Positions 37,423 to 49,173 are shown, counted from the stretch's first letter. The stretch: DNA of 64,000 bases from Pseudomonadota bacterium (GCA_022574255.1 JACZSK010000005.1:441-64440); one strand, 5' to 3'. Numbers and translations: made by a program. The notes: a model not told the origin generated them from the sequence alone.

Positions 37423-39510
37423 CTAGCGGCTCTCACGCCACCAGGCCAGCAATGCCAGCGCCAGTAGCGCGATAACCGCAAACCAGTCAGAAATCATCGC
37501 CGTTTGCGCCAGGCTCAAGGTTCGCGTCGCCTCGCGCCGTTTCAGCCCTACCCAGTTTCGCCCCCCCGCGTCGGCGGCGCCCGGCACACGCCGAAAATCC
37601 GGGATACCGTCCGCCAGCCAGAGGGTCCGTCCGCCGGTTCTTTCGGCCAAGGGCGCTAATCTCTCTGCGGTCGGCACGATCTGCGCGAATTCCTTCGGGT
37701 TCAACGCGCCGGCAACCGCCAGCACTTCGCGGTCGCCGTCTCGCGCGCGGTAAAGCCCGGGTGCGTCAATTTCCACGCTGCCCCTGCTGCTGCCATCGCC
37801 CTGCGGTGTCAGTTCCAGCGTCTGCTCGGTGCCGTCCGGCGCAATTATGGTGATTGATCCCCCATCCATGGTCAGGCTTCGTCTCTCCGCGGTCAGCAGG
37901 CGGCCATCTGATTCGAGGATCAGCGCTTCCTCTTCCAGGTCGGGTTCCTTCATCAACCAGTGCAGGGTGCGGCGCAATATCGCCTGATGTGGTCCGCCGC
38001 CATCAACGCCGCGCGCCCACATCCAGACCTGGTCGGACAAGAGCTGCGCCACCCGGCCTTCACCGGCGCGCGACAGCACCAACAGGGGCGTGCCCCCTGG
38101 CCCGGTCATCAACACATCGCCGCCCTGTAATCTGGTCTCGACGGCGCGGAACCAGCGGCCCCAGCTCGCCTCGGCCGCGCCCGACCCCTTGCCAGGAAGG
38201 CCGGATGTCACCGGATGCCGGCGGCCAAGATTTGTCAGTTTCGGGCGGAAGCCGCCCTCGAGAATTTCCCCCGTCGGCACCGCTGGCAGTATGGCGCCCA
38301 GCGGCGTGTTCGAGAGATTGAACTTGCTCAGGGATTCCGGGCCCATGGACACCAGGATGGCGCCGCCGTTCATCACATAATTCGTCAGGTTGCTCAGGTA
38401 GCGCATCACCAGCACGCCGCGCAGCGTATAGCGGTCAAAAATAACCAGGTCGAAGCGATCGAGCTGCACATCGAACAGCTCGTCGGTGGGAAAGGGAATC
38501 AGCGCCAGCTCGCTCACCGGTGTTGCATCCTGGCTGGTCGGCAGGCGAAGAATCGTAAAATGAATGAGATCGACGGCGGGGTCCGATTTCAGCGCCGCCC
38601 GCCATACCCGCTCGCCGGGGTGGGGCTCGCCCGATATCAGCAAAACGCGCAGCCGGTCGCGCAGCGCGTTGATGCGCAACAAAGACCGGTTGTTTTTCAA
38701 TGTGGCCTCTGCCTCCAGCGGCTCGGCCTCGATTTCAACAAGCATCGGGCCGCGTTTGTCGGCCATCAGAGCAATCGGCCAGGGAATGCCAACCCGCACC
38801 ATGCGGTCAAATACGACCTGGCCGTCCTGCCTCACCACAAGGCGGGCGCGCCGGTTTTCTCCGCGGCGGTCGGAATCCTCGACCCGGACAATCAGTTCGG
38901 CGGGGCGCTCGACCAGGGCGAACTCGGGTGCCTTCTCGATGATCAGACGGCGGTCGCGCAACTGCCGGTCGCCGCTGAGCAGCAGATGCACCGGGCCGGC
39001 AAGGGCGCCAATTCTGGCCGCTGCGGCGCTATCATGGACCAGCCCGTCGGTGAGCAGAATCGCGCCGGCGAATTGCTCCTTGGGGATTTCCGCCAATGCT
39101 TCGGCCAATGGCCCCAGCAGCCTGGTGCCGCCCTGCTCTCTTTGTTCGACACCAATTTCGATAACCCGCAGCTCCAGGTCAGCGGCGCCCTCATAGCTGC
39201 CACGGATGGCATCCAGCGCTGAATTGATCTGCGATCTGCGGTCGCCCACAGTCTGGCTGGCGCTTCTGTCGACGATCACCAGAGCCTGATCGGGAAGCAG
39301 CTCGCGCTCTTCCTCAACCAGCAAGGGGTTGGCCAGCACAATCAGCGCCGCCAGCAGGAACAACGCGCGCGCCGCCGCGCCCCGCGCCCGCTTCAGTAAA
39401 GCCGGCGCCAGGGCCAGAACCGACAATACGGCCAGGGCGATCATCCATTCGGTCCCGACAAGCGGCGCGAATTCCAGCCCGGTCCAGGTTCCGGTTTCGG
39501 CCATGCTCAT
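37423..39510 (-). CDS. Membrane-anchored VWA-like protein, last gene of the MoxR operon
   Basis: 695 aa with N-terminal transmembrane helices and one C-terminal transmembrane helix. LVIVDRSASQTV carries a DxSxS (MIDAS-like) motif. Its ATG overlaps the stop of the upstream gene (ATGA). Confidence 0.65.
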   Translation of the reverse strand: MSMAETGTWTGLEFAPLVGTEWMIALAVLSVLALAPALLKRARGAAARALFLLAALIVLANPLLVEEERELLPDQALVIVDRSASQTVGDRRSQINSALDAIRGSYEGAADLELRVIEIGVEQREQGGTRLLGPLAEALAEIPKEQFAGAILLTDGLVHDSAAAARIGALAGPVHLLLSGDRQLRDRRLIIEKAPEFALVERPAELIVRVEDSDRRGENRRARLVVRQDGQVVFDRMVRVGIPWPIALMADKRGPMLVEIEAEPLEAEATLKNNRSLLRINALRDRLRVLLISGEPHPGERVWRAALKSDPAVDLIHFTILRLPTSQDATPVSELALIPFPTDELFDVQLDRFDLVIFDRYTLRGVLVMRYLSNLTNYVMNGGAILVSMGPESLSKFNLSNTPLGAILPAVPTGEILEGGFRPKLTNLGRRHPVTSGLPGKGSGAAEASWGRWFRAVETRLQGGDVLMTGPGGTPLLVLSRAGEGRVAQLLSDQVWMWARGVDGGGPHQAILRRTLHWLMKEPDLEEEALILESDGRLLTAERRSLTMDGGSITIIAPDGTEQTLELTPQGDGSSRGSVEIDAPGLYRARDGDREVLAVAGALNPKEFAQIVPTAERLAPLAERTGGRTLWLADGIPDFRRVPGAADAGGRNWVGLKRREATRTLSLAQTAMISDWFAVIALLALALLAWWRESR

Positions 39511-42239
39511 TCCCCCAGCCTGTTCATCAATGCCTCAAGATGAAGCTGGTCGTCCTTGTAGGTGCCGGTCAGGGCGTACATCACAAGGTTCACGCCGAAC
39601 CGGTAGGCCAGTTCGCGCTGCCATTCGCCGCCGGGCAGGGAGCGGACCAGCGGCATGCCCAGGGGGTCTATGGCCCAGGCAGATGCCCAGTCGCCGCCTC
39701 CGATGACAACCGCCGAAACTGACTCGCCATCTCTGTCGGTGCCCCGCTCGACCCAGATCTGGCGGCCCTGGATGCGGCCGGGAAACCGGTCGAGCAGGTA
39801 ATAAGACTTTGAGAGGACATGCCTCGAGTCCACAGGCACCAGTTGCGGCAGATCGATATTTTCCAGGATCCGGCGCAGAGATTCCTGCGCCTCGGGACGC
39901 TGCAGCCCGAGGCTGATCCCGGTGGGATCACCGATACCACTGTCAAACAGAACCATGCCGCCTTTCCGCAGGTAGGCCGACAGGCGCGCCGCGCCGGCTT
40001 CGCTGAGTTGTGAATCCGTTGTCACCGGCCAGTAAATCAGCGGGAATAAATTCAGCGGGTCGGTCTCCGGGTCGACCATCATTGGCGGTCCCAGGCTCAC
40101 TGCGGTGCGAATACGCAGCACCCGCCCAAGGCCCTTAAGGCCGGATTCGATAACATTATCCCGCGCGGCGCTGCCGGTGGACACCCATGCCAGCCGGGTC
40201 TGGCTGGTTGCGGCGACGGCGAATTCCTCGTCCAGGTTCTGGGCCACAGGCTGGCCCTGGAACGATGCCGTCACGGCCAGAGCAAGGCAAACTGCGGTCC
40301 CTGATCTTGCGGGGCGAAGAGTGAGCAGCCCGCGCAGCCACAGCCCGATAAGAATATCCGCCATCGCCACCAGTATTGCCGCCACAAGCAGTGGTCCGCC
40401 GAAATCCTTGCCCTGGCTGGCGCTCAGCCCGTCGATGACCTTCCAGTGGTCGCGGTCGATCTCGGTGAAACTGTAACGGTCACTTATCGGCCCGGCTTTG
40501 GCCACCAGATTAAGCGCCAGCGTCCCTTCTGGCGGTCCATAGAGACCGGGCGGGGTATCCGGCCCCGCAGTGACTGTAGAAAAGACCTCGCGCGAAATCG
40601 GGCCGGTGCCCGGCGGTGCCGCAACCAGTTCGCCGGTCCCGGTCATAATTTTGTCGGGTGCCAGCAGGGCTGGCCCTGCCGCCAGGTCGCTGGCGCCGCC
40701 ACCGCGGGCCAGGGGCAGGATATGCCGCAGCAATTCCACGAATAATCCCGAATGGGCCAGGTTTGACCATTCCGCATTGGCGGTGGTGTGGAACAGCACC
40801 AGCCATCCCTCACCCCGGGTGTCGGCGGTTACAATGGGGGTGCCGTCCTCCAGCCGCGCCCATATCTTGCGCGCCAGATCGGGCTCGGGCGCTGCCAGCA
40901 ATTGCCGTGATACCGTCACGTCGTCGGGTATGGCAATGCCGAAAAACGGGCTTCCCTCCGGAAATGGTAAAATTTTCTTTGGCTGGTCCCAGGTTAGCGC
41001 ACCGCCCGTGGCCCGATCACCGGAACGAACCCTGACCGGCAGCAGATCAGCGTGCAAGGCGCCTGGCTGCGCGCTCGCAAAACTTACCAGCACGCCGCCT
41101 TCCGCCACCCAGCCCAGCAGCGCTGTCTCCTGGCCCGGCGTAAGACCAGCATAATCAGCCATGAAAATCAGCGTCGCTTCCTGATCCATCAGCCCGGTGA
41201 CGTCTCCCCGCACCAGGGCGCTATAGGGCTCCAGCGCCCGTGACAAATAGAAGGCGGGAGTGGTCAGTGGCGGCGCGGTGTCCAGGCCACCGTTCTCGGT
41301 GATGCCCACAAGCGGACGCCCGGATCGCCAGTCCAGAAGAATAGTCGCGCCGGCGCTGCGGTGGCCCGCTATCTGAACGCGGGAAATTTCGTTTCTCGAT
41401 CTTTGCGGCAACCGCAGGACACCGGTCGCCTGGCTGGTGCCTGCTGCAAAGTCCAGACGCAGTTCGCCAATCCGCTGACCGTTACGGCCCAGCACTTCCA
41501 CCGAGATGTTTTCGGCAAAAGCACGCGGCGGCCTGACCGCGCTGATTTCGATATCCAGCCCGCTGAAACCCGGTGGATGCAGCGCAAAGGCATGCCGCGC
41601 CGCTGTGTCGGTGCGGATTTCCAGAAATGTCAGATCGTCCAGCCGTTGGCGGAATTCATCACTGCCCTCATGTTTCAGGCCATCCGACAGCCAGATCGCC
41701 TGGCTTGGTTCAAGGCCCCCAAGAAGAAGTGCAGATTGCCGGTGATCGGGCGACCAGGGCATTGCCTGCAAGGCCGGCAGACGTTCCAGCGCCTGCCGGG
41801 CGGAAATTGTCCCGGGAGCCGTACCAGGGCTCGCCGTGGGAAGAAGAATTACCGGACGGTTTTCGCGTTCCGCTTTGTTCAGGATGCCCCGCAGCGCCGC
41901 TGTCCGCTCGGCCCAGCGAGATGCTGCCTCCCAGCCGTTATCGACAACAATCAGAATGGCACCGTCGCCTGTGAATTTTTCACCCGGGTTCAGAACCGGC
42001 CGCGCCAGTGCCAGGATGATCAGCGTCAGGATCAGTAACCTGATCGCCAGCACCCACCAGGGCGTGCGGTCGGGCGGCGAATCATCCTTTTCCAGGCCGC
42101 GCAGCAACAGGATGGGCGGAAAGGCGACCTTTCGCGCCTCGGGGGGCAGCGCCCGCACCCGGAACCAGACCGCGGGCAAAACGACCAACGCGGCGAGTAT
42201 CGCCGGATTCAAGATGGCAAGGGGTCCCAGGTTCAACAT
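39507..42239 (-). CDS. BatA-N-terminal-domain / DUF4159-domain membrane protein
   Basis: 910 aa. The N-terminal double-transmembrane segment LGPLAILNPAILAALVVLPAVWFRVR...FPPILLL is aerotolerance-regulator N-terminal-like. The C-terminal LRKGGMVLFDSGIGD...VIGGGDWASAWAID...AYRFGVNLVMYALTG is DUF4159-like. Confidence 0.7.
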   Translation of the reverse strand: MLNLGPLAILNPAILAALVVLPAVWFRVRALPPEARKVAFPPILLLRGLEKDDSPPDRTPWWVLAIRLLILTLIILALARPVLNPGEKFTGDGAILIVVDNGWEAASRWAERTAALRGILNKAERENRPVILLPTASPGTAPGTISARQALERLPALQAMPWSPDHRQSALLLGGLEPSQAIWLSDGLKHEGSDEFRQRLDDLTFLEIRTDTAARHAFALHPPGFSGLDIEISAVRPPRAFAENISVEVLGRNGQRIGELRLDFAAGTSQATGVLRLPQRSRNEISRVQIAGHRSAGATILLDWRSGRPLVGITENGGLDTAPPLTTPAFYLSRALEPYSALVRGDVTGLMDQEATLIFMADYAGLTPGQETALLGWVAEGGVLVSFASAQPGALHADLLPVRVRSGDRATGGALTWDQPKKILPFPEGSPFFGIAIPDDVTVSRQLLAAPEPDLARKIWARLEDGTPIVTADTRGEGWLVLFHTTANAEWSNLAHSGLFVELLRHILPLARGGGASDLAAGPALLAPDKIMTGTGELVAAPPGTGPISREVFSTVTAGPDTPPGLYGPPEGTLALNLVAKAGPISDRYSFTEIDRDHWKVIDGLSASQGKDFGGPLLVAAILVAMADILIGLWLRGLLTLRPARSGTAVCLALAVTASFQGQPVAQNLDEEFAVAATSQTRLAWVSTGSAARDNVIESGLKGLGRVLRIRTAVSLGPPMMVDPETDPLNLFPLIYWPVTTDSQLSEAGAARLSAYLRKGGMVLFDSGIGDPTGISLGLQRPEAQESLRRILENIDLPQLVPVDSRHVLSKSYYLLDRFPGRIQGRQIWVERGTDRDGESVSAVVIGGGDWASAWAIDPLGMPLVRSLPGGEWQRELAYRFGVNLVMYALTGTYKDDQLHLEALMNRLGE

Positions 42240-42260
42240 TTCTCTATGGTCCCACCCATC

Positions 42261-43229
42261 CTAACCCTCAAGCGCGTTCATCAGGCCGAGCAGGGCCAGA
42301 TGCGAGGGCCGGTCCGTGCGATGGTGGATATAGGACCAGCCAATGCTTCTGGACAGCGCCAGCAATGTCTCGCGCCAGGCTTCCATCCGGCGCCGGTATT
42401 GGCCCCTGATGCTCTCGGCACGGTGAACAAGCTCCGGCGTTTCCTTTTCCATGCCTTCGAAATGGATGCGTCCGGAAAAAGGGAAATCTTCTTCCGCCGG
42501 GTCGGTGATATGCACAAGGTGGCCGATAACGCCGCGCGCCGCCAGCGCCGACAACCGGCGCCGGATCACCTCCTCGCTATCGAGAAAATCGCCGAACAGG
42601 ATTACATGGCAAAAGCGTCGCATTGCGCCGGGCTCTGGTATGGCCGGCGAATTGCCAAATCGCTCCAAATCGATTGCCTCATTGATCGCTTCCATGCAGC
42701 GCTGCACCGCCATATTGCCTGTACCAGTCCCGGGGCCCTGCCGGGCCGGGCCGCCAAGATAGCCGATCCGCTCTTCACCCTCGGCCAGCAGGATCGCCGC
42801 CCCCAGCGCCAGCGTGATGGCCCGGTCCAGCTTGGTCTCGGCCACGCCTTCGGAGCGGTAGCGCATCGACGCAGAGCTGTCGCACCACAGCCACACATTC
42901 TGGGTCGTCTCCCATTCGTTTTGGCGGATATAATGGCCGTCGGAGCGCGCCGAACGGCGCCAGTCAATGGCGCTTTCGCTGTCGCCGGTAACAAAGGGCC
43001 GGAACTGCCAGAAGCTGTCGCCGGGCCCCGACTTACGCTGACCATGGGCGCCGCGGCCCACGGATGGCGCCATTCGGTTTGCCGGCGCGGTCAAGGGCGG
43101 CAGCGCCCGGATGGCGATCTCCGCGCGGCGGCGATATTCCATCATGGAGATTGGCGCGTTGCTGTCCCCGGCCGCCTTCATGCCGGGAAAGGCGCTGAGG
43201 AGTTGCTCGCGTGCGGCGCGCCAAGTCAT
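42261..43229 (-). CDS. DUF58-domain protein (VWA-like fold)
   Basis: GPGDSFWQFRPFVTGDSESAIDWRRSARSDGHYIRQNEWETTQNVWLWCDSSASM, the typical DUF58 core with a DxSxS motif. Confidence 0.85.
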   Translation of the reverse strand: MTWRAAREQLLSAFPGMKAAGDSNAPISMMEYRRRAEIAIRALPPLTAPANRMAPSVGRGAHGQRKSGPGDSFWQFRPFVTGDSESAIDWRRSARSDGHYIRQNEWETTQNVWLWCDSSASMRYRSEGVAETKLDRAITLALGAAILLAEGEERIGYLGGPARQGPGTGTGNMAVQRCMEAINEAIDLERFGNSPAIPEPGAMRRFCHVILFGDFLDSEEVIRRRLSALAARGVIGHLVHITDPAEEDFPFSGRIHFEGMEKETPELVHRAESIRGQYRRRMEAWRETLLALSRSIGWSYIHHRTDRPSHLALLGLMNALEG

Positions 43230-43232
43230 GTT

Positions 43233-44261
<1,029 letters not shown>

Positions 44262-44329
44262 CCGCACTCCGGTATCTCGCCTATGATCCGATATATTGGT
44301 ATATAAAGACTGCCCCGGAAGGCAAAGGA

Positions 44330-44950
44330 ATGACAGTGAAAAAGGGTAAGGAATCGGCGAACCGCAGCTCTGACGCGCTGGCCCGAGATAATCAGCCCAA
44401 TGCCGCACCGCAACTGGATGAGATTGCCCGGCAGGTGGGGGCACAGAAATATCCGCCGGTGAACCAGTGGAACCCGGAACATTGCGGCGATATGGACATG
44501 CGGATCGCCGCCGACGGCACCTGGTTCTATATGGGCACGCCCATCGGCCGGAAAGAGATGGTGCGGCTTTTTTCCTCGATCCTGCGCCACGACGAAGACG
44601 GCAAATATTATCTGGTGACCCCGGTCGAGAAAATCGGCATCCAGGTTGATGATGCGCCGCTGGTTGCCGTGGAGGTCACGCGGGCCGGCGCCGGAGAAGG
44701 GCAGGTGCTGACCTTCCGCACCCAGGTGGGCGATCTGGTCGCCGCCGGTCCCGCCAACCCCATCCGGGTCGAGATCAACGGGGAGACCGGGGAGCCCCGG
44801 CCCTATGTGCTGGTTCGCGACCGGCTGGAAGCGCTGATCAATCGCCCGGTCTTCTATGAACTGGTGGAGATGGCGGTGGCGGACCCGGATGGAGGTGACG
44901 GTATTGGCCTGTGGAGCGGCGGCGCTTATTTCAGGCTGGGCGATGTTTGA
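44330..44950 (+). CDS. DUF1285-domain protein
   Basis: WNPEHCGDMDMRIAADGTWFYMGTPIGRKEMVRLFSSILRHDEDGKYYLVTPVEK. The start was trimmed to ATG 44330. Confidence 0.75.
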   Translation: MTVKKGKESANRSSDALARDNQPNAAPQLDEIARQVGAQKYPPVNQWNPEHCGDMDMRIAADGTWFYMGTPIGRKEMVRLFSSILRHDEDGKYYLVTPVEKIGIQVDDAPLVAVEVTRAGAGEGQVLTFRTQVGDLVAAGPANPIRVEINGETGEPRPYVLVRDRLEALINRPVFYELVEMAVADPDGGDGIGLWSGGAYFRLGDV

Positions 44951-45593
44951 CCAGGCCGCACTGGACAGACTCTACGCCCGCCTCAGGGCCCGCGACCCGC
45001 TGAACCTGGCGGACGGCGTGGAACAGGCGCTGCGCAACGATCTCGAGCTTAATCCGGCCTTTCAGGGGCGCAGCATGCCCGGTGCGCGCGCCGCCTCGGT
45101 GCTGATGCCGCTGGTTGACCGGGAGGAAGGAATCAGCGTGCTGCTGACAGAACGCACCGACCACCTGCCAGATCACGCGGGCCAAGTCAGCTTTCCCGGC
45201 GGCAGTCGCGAATCCCATGATTCAGACGCTATCGATACAGCACTCAGGGAAACCGAGGAGGAAGTGGGCATTGCCCGCGCTTTTGTTGATGTCATCGGCA
45301 CGCTGGACCTCTATCCGACCGGCACCGGATTTGAAATTACGCCGGTGGTTGGCGTGGTCAGCGGCGATTTTTCGCTGACCATCGATGCCACGGAAGTTGC
45401 CGAAGTCTTCGAGGTGCCGCTGGCTTTCATCCTCGATGCCGGCAACCGCGAGGTCCATACCCGCGCCTTCAACGGCGCTGATTTCACCTATTACGCCTTC
45501 CCCTACGATGGCCATTACATCTGGGGTGCGACGGCGGGGATGCTGGTCAATCTGGCGGCAGTGCTGGCTGTCCATGCGAGCGAGGGCGCATAA
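44943..45593 (+). CDS. NUDIX hydrolase, CoA pyrophosphatase type
   Basis: NUDIX box GGSRESHDSDAIDTALRETEEEVGI. The ATG at 44943 overlaps the DUF1285 gene stop codon (ATGTTTGA). Confidence 0.8.
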   Translation: MFDQAALDRLYARLRARDPLNLADGVEQALRNDLELNPAFQGRSMPGARAASVLMPLVDREEGISVLLTERTDHLPDHAGQVSFPGGSRESHDSDAIDTALRETEEEVGIARAFVDVIGTLDLYPTGTGFEITPVVGVVSGDFSLTIDATEVAEVFEVPLAFILDAGNREVHTRAFNGADFTYYAFPYDGHYIWGATAGMLVNLAAVLAVHASEGA

Positions 45594-45594
45594 G

Positions 45595-46809
45595 ATGGGT
45601 GCAACGGGGAGTGCCGCGTTCAAGGGGGCTGCATGGCTGAAAGCGCCTGACTTGCTGTCTGTCATGGACGCGCTGGGCACCGACCATTGCCGTGTGGTTG
45701 GCGGGGCGGTGCGGGATTTTCTCATCGGCCGCGCGGTGAGGGATATCGATATTGCCACCGACCATCAGCCCGAAGAAGCGTCAACCCGCCTGCGGGCCGC
45801 CGGAATCAAGGTGGTGCCTACCGGCATCGCCCATGGCACGGTAACGGCGGTGGTCGGGGGACGGCCCTTTGAGGTCACGACGCTGCGCCATGACGTGGAG
45901 AGCTTTGGCCGCCATGCGCGGGTCGCTTTTCACGGGGACTGGGAGGCAGACGCGGCGCGCCGCGATTTCACCATGAACGCGCTTTACATGGATGCCGGGG
46001 GAAATCTTTATGACTATTTCGGCGGGCAGGAGGATCTGCTGGCGGGCCGGGTGCGATTTATCGGCGATGCGGCGGAGAGAATTGCCGAAGACGCGCTGCG
46101 CATCCTGCGGTTTTTCCGCTTCCACGCCTGGTATGGCCGGGGCGCGCCCGACGCGGACGGACTGAGGGCCTGCCGGCAGAATGCCTCCCTCCTTGAAATT
46201 CTCTCCATAGAGCGCGTCCGCGACGAGTTGCTGAAACTGCTGGGGGCCCCTGACCCGGTGGCCCTTCTTCAGGCCATGCAGGAGGCGGGGATTCTGGAAA
46301 GAATATTGCCGGAGGCGAAGCTTGGCGGGCGGCTGGAAACCCTGATTACTTTGGAGCACGCATTGGAGGATATCTCGGCGCTGCGGCGGCTGGCGGCATT
46401 GCTGGACCGTGACGCGGCAGCGCTCCTGGGGATCGGGAAAGAATTTAAACTCTCGAACGCCGACGCCAGGCGCCTGGCTGCGATGGCAACCGGCGGCGCG
46501 CCCGCAAAAGCCGGCCTGGCAGCCAAAGACCTGCGGGCGATGGTATTCCGGATTGGCGCTGAGGCCTTTATCGACCGCGCCGTATTGGACAATGAACCCG
46601 ACGATGCGGATGCGGTTCAAAGGCTGATCGAAGACGCGCGGGCCTTTACGCCGCCCACACTTCCGGTCACCGGCCATGACCTGGAGGCCGGAGGCGTTGC
46701 CCCGGGTCCGGCCATGGGCGAGGCCCTGCGGGCGCTGGAGGAGGCCTGGGTCGCCTCTGATTTTTCGCTCGGCAAGAAGGCGCTGCTTGCAACACTTCCG
46801 GGGGAATAA
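45595..46809 (+). CDS. cca: CCA-adding tRNA nucleotidyltransferase / poly(A) polymerase family
   Basis: VVGGAVRDFLIGRAVRDIDIAT...RDFTMNALY. The start ATG 45595 lies one nt after the NUDIX gene stop codon. Confidence 0.85.
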   Translation: MGATGSAAFKGAAWLKAPDLLSVMDALGTDHCRVVGGAVRDFLIGRAVRDIDIATDHQPEEASTRLRAAGIKVVPTGIAHGTVTAVVGGRPFEVTTLRHDVESFGRHARVAFHGDWEADAARRDFTMNALYMDAGGNLYDYFGGQEDLLAGRVRFIGDAAERIAEDALRILRFFRFHAWYGRGAPDADGLRACRQNASLLEILSIERVRDELLKLLGAPDPVALLQAMQEAGILERILPEAKLGGRLETLITLEHALEDISALRRLAALLDRDAAALLGIGKEFKLSNADARRLAAMATGGAPAKAGLAAKDLRAMVFRIGAEAFIDRAVLDNEPDDADAVQRLIEDARAFTPPTLPVTGHDLEAGGVAPGPAMGEALRALEEAWVASDFSLGKKALLATLPGE

Positions 46810-46818
46810 ACAGCGCTG

Positions 46819-47778
46819 TTACGGCGTCTTGCAGGCCTCCTGGTATTCACCTTTAAGCCGCGCCACCAGTTCCGCGACACTTGGAATATCGTGAATTTCA
46901 CCCACCCCCTGCCCGGCGCTCCACACCTCTTTCCAGGCCTTGGCCTCGCTTTCACTCTGGTTTTCGGCGCGGTCGGCTTCGCGCTTGTCGCGCAGCTTGC
47001 CGAAGCCTATTTCGGGTTTCGGCAGCCCCTCGATTTCAATACCTGCAGCGGTCAGGCTGGAGACCAGAAAGTTGCCTTTGATGCCTGAGACCTTGTCGGT
47101 ATAGACCACATCCAGCGGCCCCGAGGTCAGGATCATCTGCTTGAAGGCTTCGTCGGCGTTGGCTTCTTTCGTGGCGATGAAGCGGGTGCCCATATAGGCC
47201 AGGTCGGCGCCCAACACCTGGGCGGCGCGAATGGCGCGCCCGTTTGACAAAGTGCCCGCCAGGATGATGGTGCCGGCAAAGAATTCGCGCACCTGGGGAA
47301 CCAGCGTGAACGGGTTTATCAATCCGCCATGACCGCCCGCCCCGGCGCTGACCAGGATAATGCCGTCGACCCCGGCCTCCTTTGCCTTCTGGGCATGGCG
47401 CAGGTTAATCACATCATGAAAAACCATGCCGCCGTACGAATGCACCTGATCAACAACCTCACCCGGCTGCCCGACGCTGGTGATCACCAGCGGCACTTTA
47501 TGTTCCTTGATAAGCGCCAGGTCCTCGGCAACGCGGGGGTTCGACTTGTGGACGATCAGGTTGACCGCGAAGGGCGCGTCATTCTCGTCCAGTTCGCCCT
47601 CGATGCGCTCCAGCCAGCGGGCGAACTCCCCAGCCGGGCGGGCGTTCAGACTGGGAAAGGAACCGACAATTCCCGCCTTGCAGGCGGCAATCACTATCTC
47701 CGGTTCTGACACCAGGAACAGCGGCGCGGCGATGAGGGGAAGGGTGAGTCTGTCCTTCAGGAAATCAGGCAGTGGCAT
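46819..47778 (-). CDS. Nitronate monooxygenase (NMO / 2-nitropropane dioxygenase family)
   Basis: 319 aa with LPLIAAPLFLVSEPEIVIAACKAGIVGSF and GIILVSAGAGGHGG. Confidence 0.8.
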   Translation of the reverse strand: MPLPDFLKDRLTLPLIAAPLFLVSEPEIVIAACKAGIVGSFPSLNARPAGEFARWLERIEGELDENDAPFAVNLIVHKSNPRVAEDLALIKEHKVPLVITSVGQPGEVVDQVHSYGGMVFHDVINLRHAQKAKEAGVDGIILVSAGAGGHGGLINPFTLVPQVREFFAGTIILAGTLSNGRAIRAAQVLGADLAYMGTRFIATKEANADEAFKQMILTSGPLDVVYTDKVSGIKGNFLVSSLTAAGIEIEGLPKPEIGFGKLRDKREADRAENQSESEAKAWKEVWSAGQGVGEIHDIPSVAELVARLKGEYQEACKTP

Positions 47779-47811
47779 AACAATCTTCCTTGCACAAAAA
47801 TCATAAAGCTC

Positions 47812-48699
47812 TTACGGCCACTTGGCTTCGGGTGGCAGCGACATCAGGATGGCGTCAATATTGCCACCTGTTTTAAGGCCAAACAACGTGCCGCGATCAT
47901 AGACCAGGTTGAACTCGGCATAATGGCCGCGATACACCAGTTGCGCCTCGCGTTCTTCGGCGGTCCATTCCTCGTTCATATGGCGGCGCACCAGCGCCGG
48001 GTAGATGTCGCGAAAGGCCATACCCACATCGCGGGTGAAGGCAAAGTCGGCCTGCCAGTCGCCTGTGTTCAGCTGGTCATAAAATATGCCGCCCTCGCCG
48101 CGCGGCTTGTTGCGGTGTTTGATGTAAAAATATTCGTCGCACCATTTCTTGTATTTCGGGTAATAGGCCGGGTCATGCTTGTCGCAGGCGGCCTTGAAGG
48201 CGGCGTGAAAGTCGGCGGTGTCTTCAGCCACCGGCATGGGCGCGTTCAGGTCGGCGCCGCCGCCGAACCATTGTTCGCTGGTCACGATCATCCGCGTGTT
48301 CATGTGAACCGCCGGCACGCGGGGCGAATGCATATGGGCGACCAGCGATATGCCCGCAGCCCAGAAGGACGGGTCTTCGTCCGTGCCGGGTATCTGTTTG
48401 GCGAATTCCGGGGAAAAGACCCCTTTTACCGTTGATATATTGACCCCGACCTTCTCGAACAACCGACCCCTCATGGCCGACATGACGCCGCCGCCTCCAT
48501 CGGATCCGTCTTCGGTTTCGCGGCTCCATTCGGTGCGCTCAAAACGCCCGGCAGGCTGGTCTTTCAGGGGGCCGGTATAGTCGTCTTCAAGGGTCTCGAA
48601 GGCGGCGCAAATCTGGTCGCGCAGCTCGGCGAACCACGCCGCGGCTTGCGCTTTTTTTTGCTCTATATTTTCTGTATTCTCTGTATTCTCGTCAGCCAT
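47812..48699 (-). CDS. hemF: Oxygen-dependent coproporphyrinogen-III oxidase
   Basis: 295 aa with [27 protein letters not shown] and RRGRYAEFNL-like [16 protein letters not shown]. Confidence 0.92.
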   Translation of the reverse strand: MADENTENTENIEQKKAQAAAWFAELRDQICAAFETLEDDYTGPLKDQPAGRFERTEWSRETEDGSDGGGGVMSAMRGRLFEKVGVNISTVKGVFSPEFAKQIPGTDEDPSFWAAGISLVAHMHSPRVPAVHMNTRMIVTSEQWFGGGADLNAPMPVAEDTADFHAAFKAACDKHDPAYYPKYKKWCDEYFYIKHRNKPRGEGGIFYDQLNTGDWQADFAFTRDVGMAFRDIYPALVRRHMNEEWTAEEREAQLVYRGHYAEFNLVYDRGTLFGLKTGGNIDAILMSLPPEAKWP

Positions 48700-48720
48700 G
48701 CCGCGTTGCCCTCATGCCGT

Positions 48721-49173
48721 TTACGCGCTTTCAATTTGCCGTAGCGCCTCTCCAACCACCATGGCGGCTGCCATGGCCACATTCAGCGAGCGCATCCCCT
48801 TGGCCATGGGAACTAGCACGTGTTCGTCGGCTGCGTCATGCACCTTCTGGGGTGCCCCGGCACTTTCCCGGCCCAGCAGCAACACATCGTTGGCGCCAAA
48901 AGTGTAATCGGTATAGGGCAACGCGGCCTTGGTGGTCAGCAATACCAGCCGCCCGCCGCTTGCCGCCCGCGCGGCCTCGAAGGCCGCCCAATCCAGATGT
49001 CTGGATATGTCCGCCTGGTCCAGATAATCCATGCCGGCGCGGCGCAGCGAACGGTCGCTGAAGGGGAAACCGCAGGGCAGAATTATGTCGATGGGCAGGC
49101 CCAGACAGGCCGCCATGCGGATGATGGTACCGGTGTTTTGCGGGATGTCCGGCTGATAGAGAGCGATGCGCAT
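48721..49173 (-). CDS. trmL: tRNA (cytidine/uridine-2'-O-)-methyltransferase TrmL (SpoU class)
   Basis: 150 aa with MRIALYQPDIPQNTGTIIRMAA and LLLGRESAG...SLNVAMAAAMVVGEALRQ. Confidence 0.85.
   Translation of the reverse strand: MRIALYQPDIPQNTGTIIRMAACLGLPIDIILPCGFPFSDRSLRRAGMDYLDQADISRHLDWAAFEAARAASGGRLVLLTTKAALPYTDYTFGANDVLLLGRESAGAPQKVHDAADEHVLVPMAKGMRSLNVAMAAAMVVGEALRQIESA

Noticed and set aside
38215-39222. 335-aa plus-strand ORF and neighbours inside the MoxR operon
   Set aside because: They are antisense to the 695-aa membrane protein gene. The minus strand forms a coherent operon with translational coupling.
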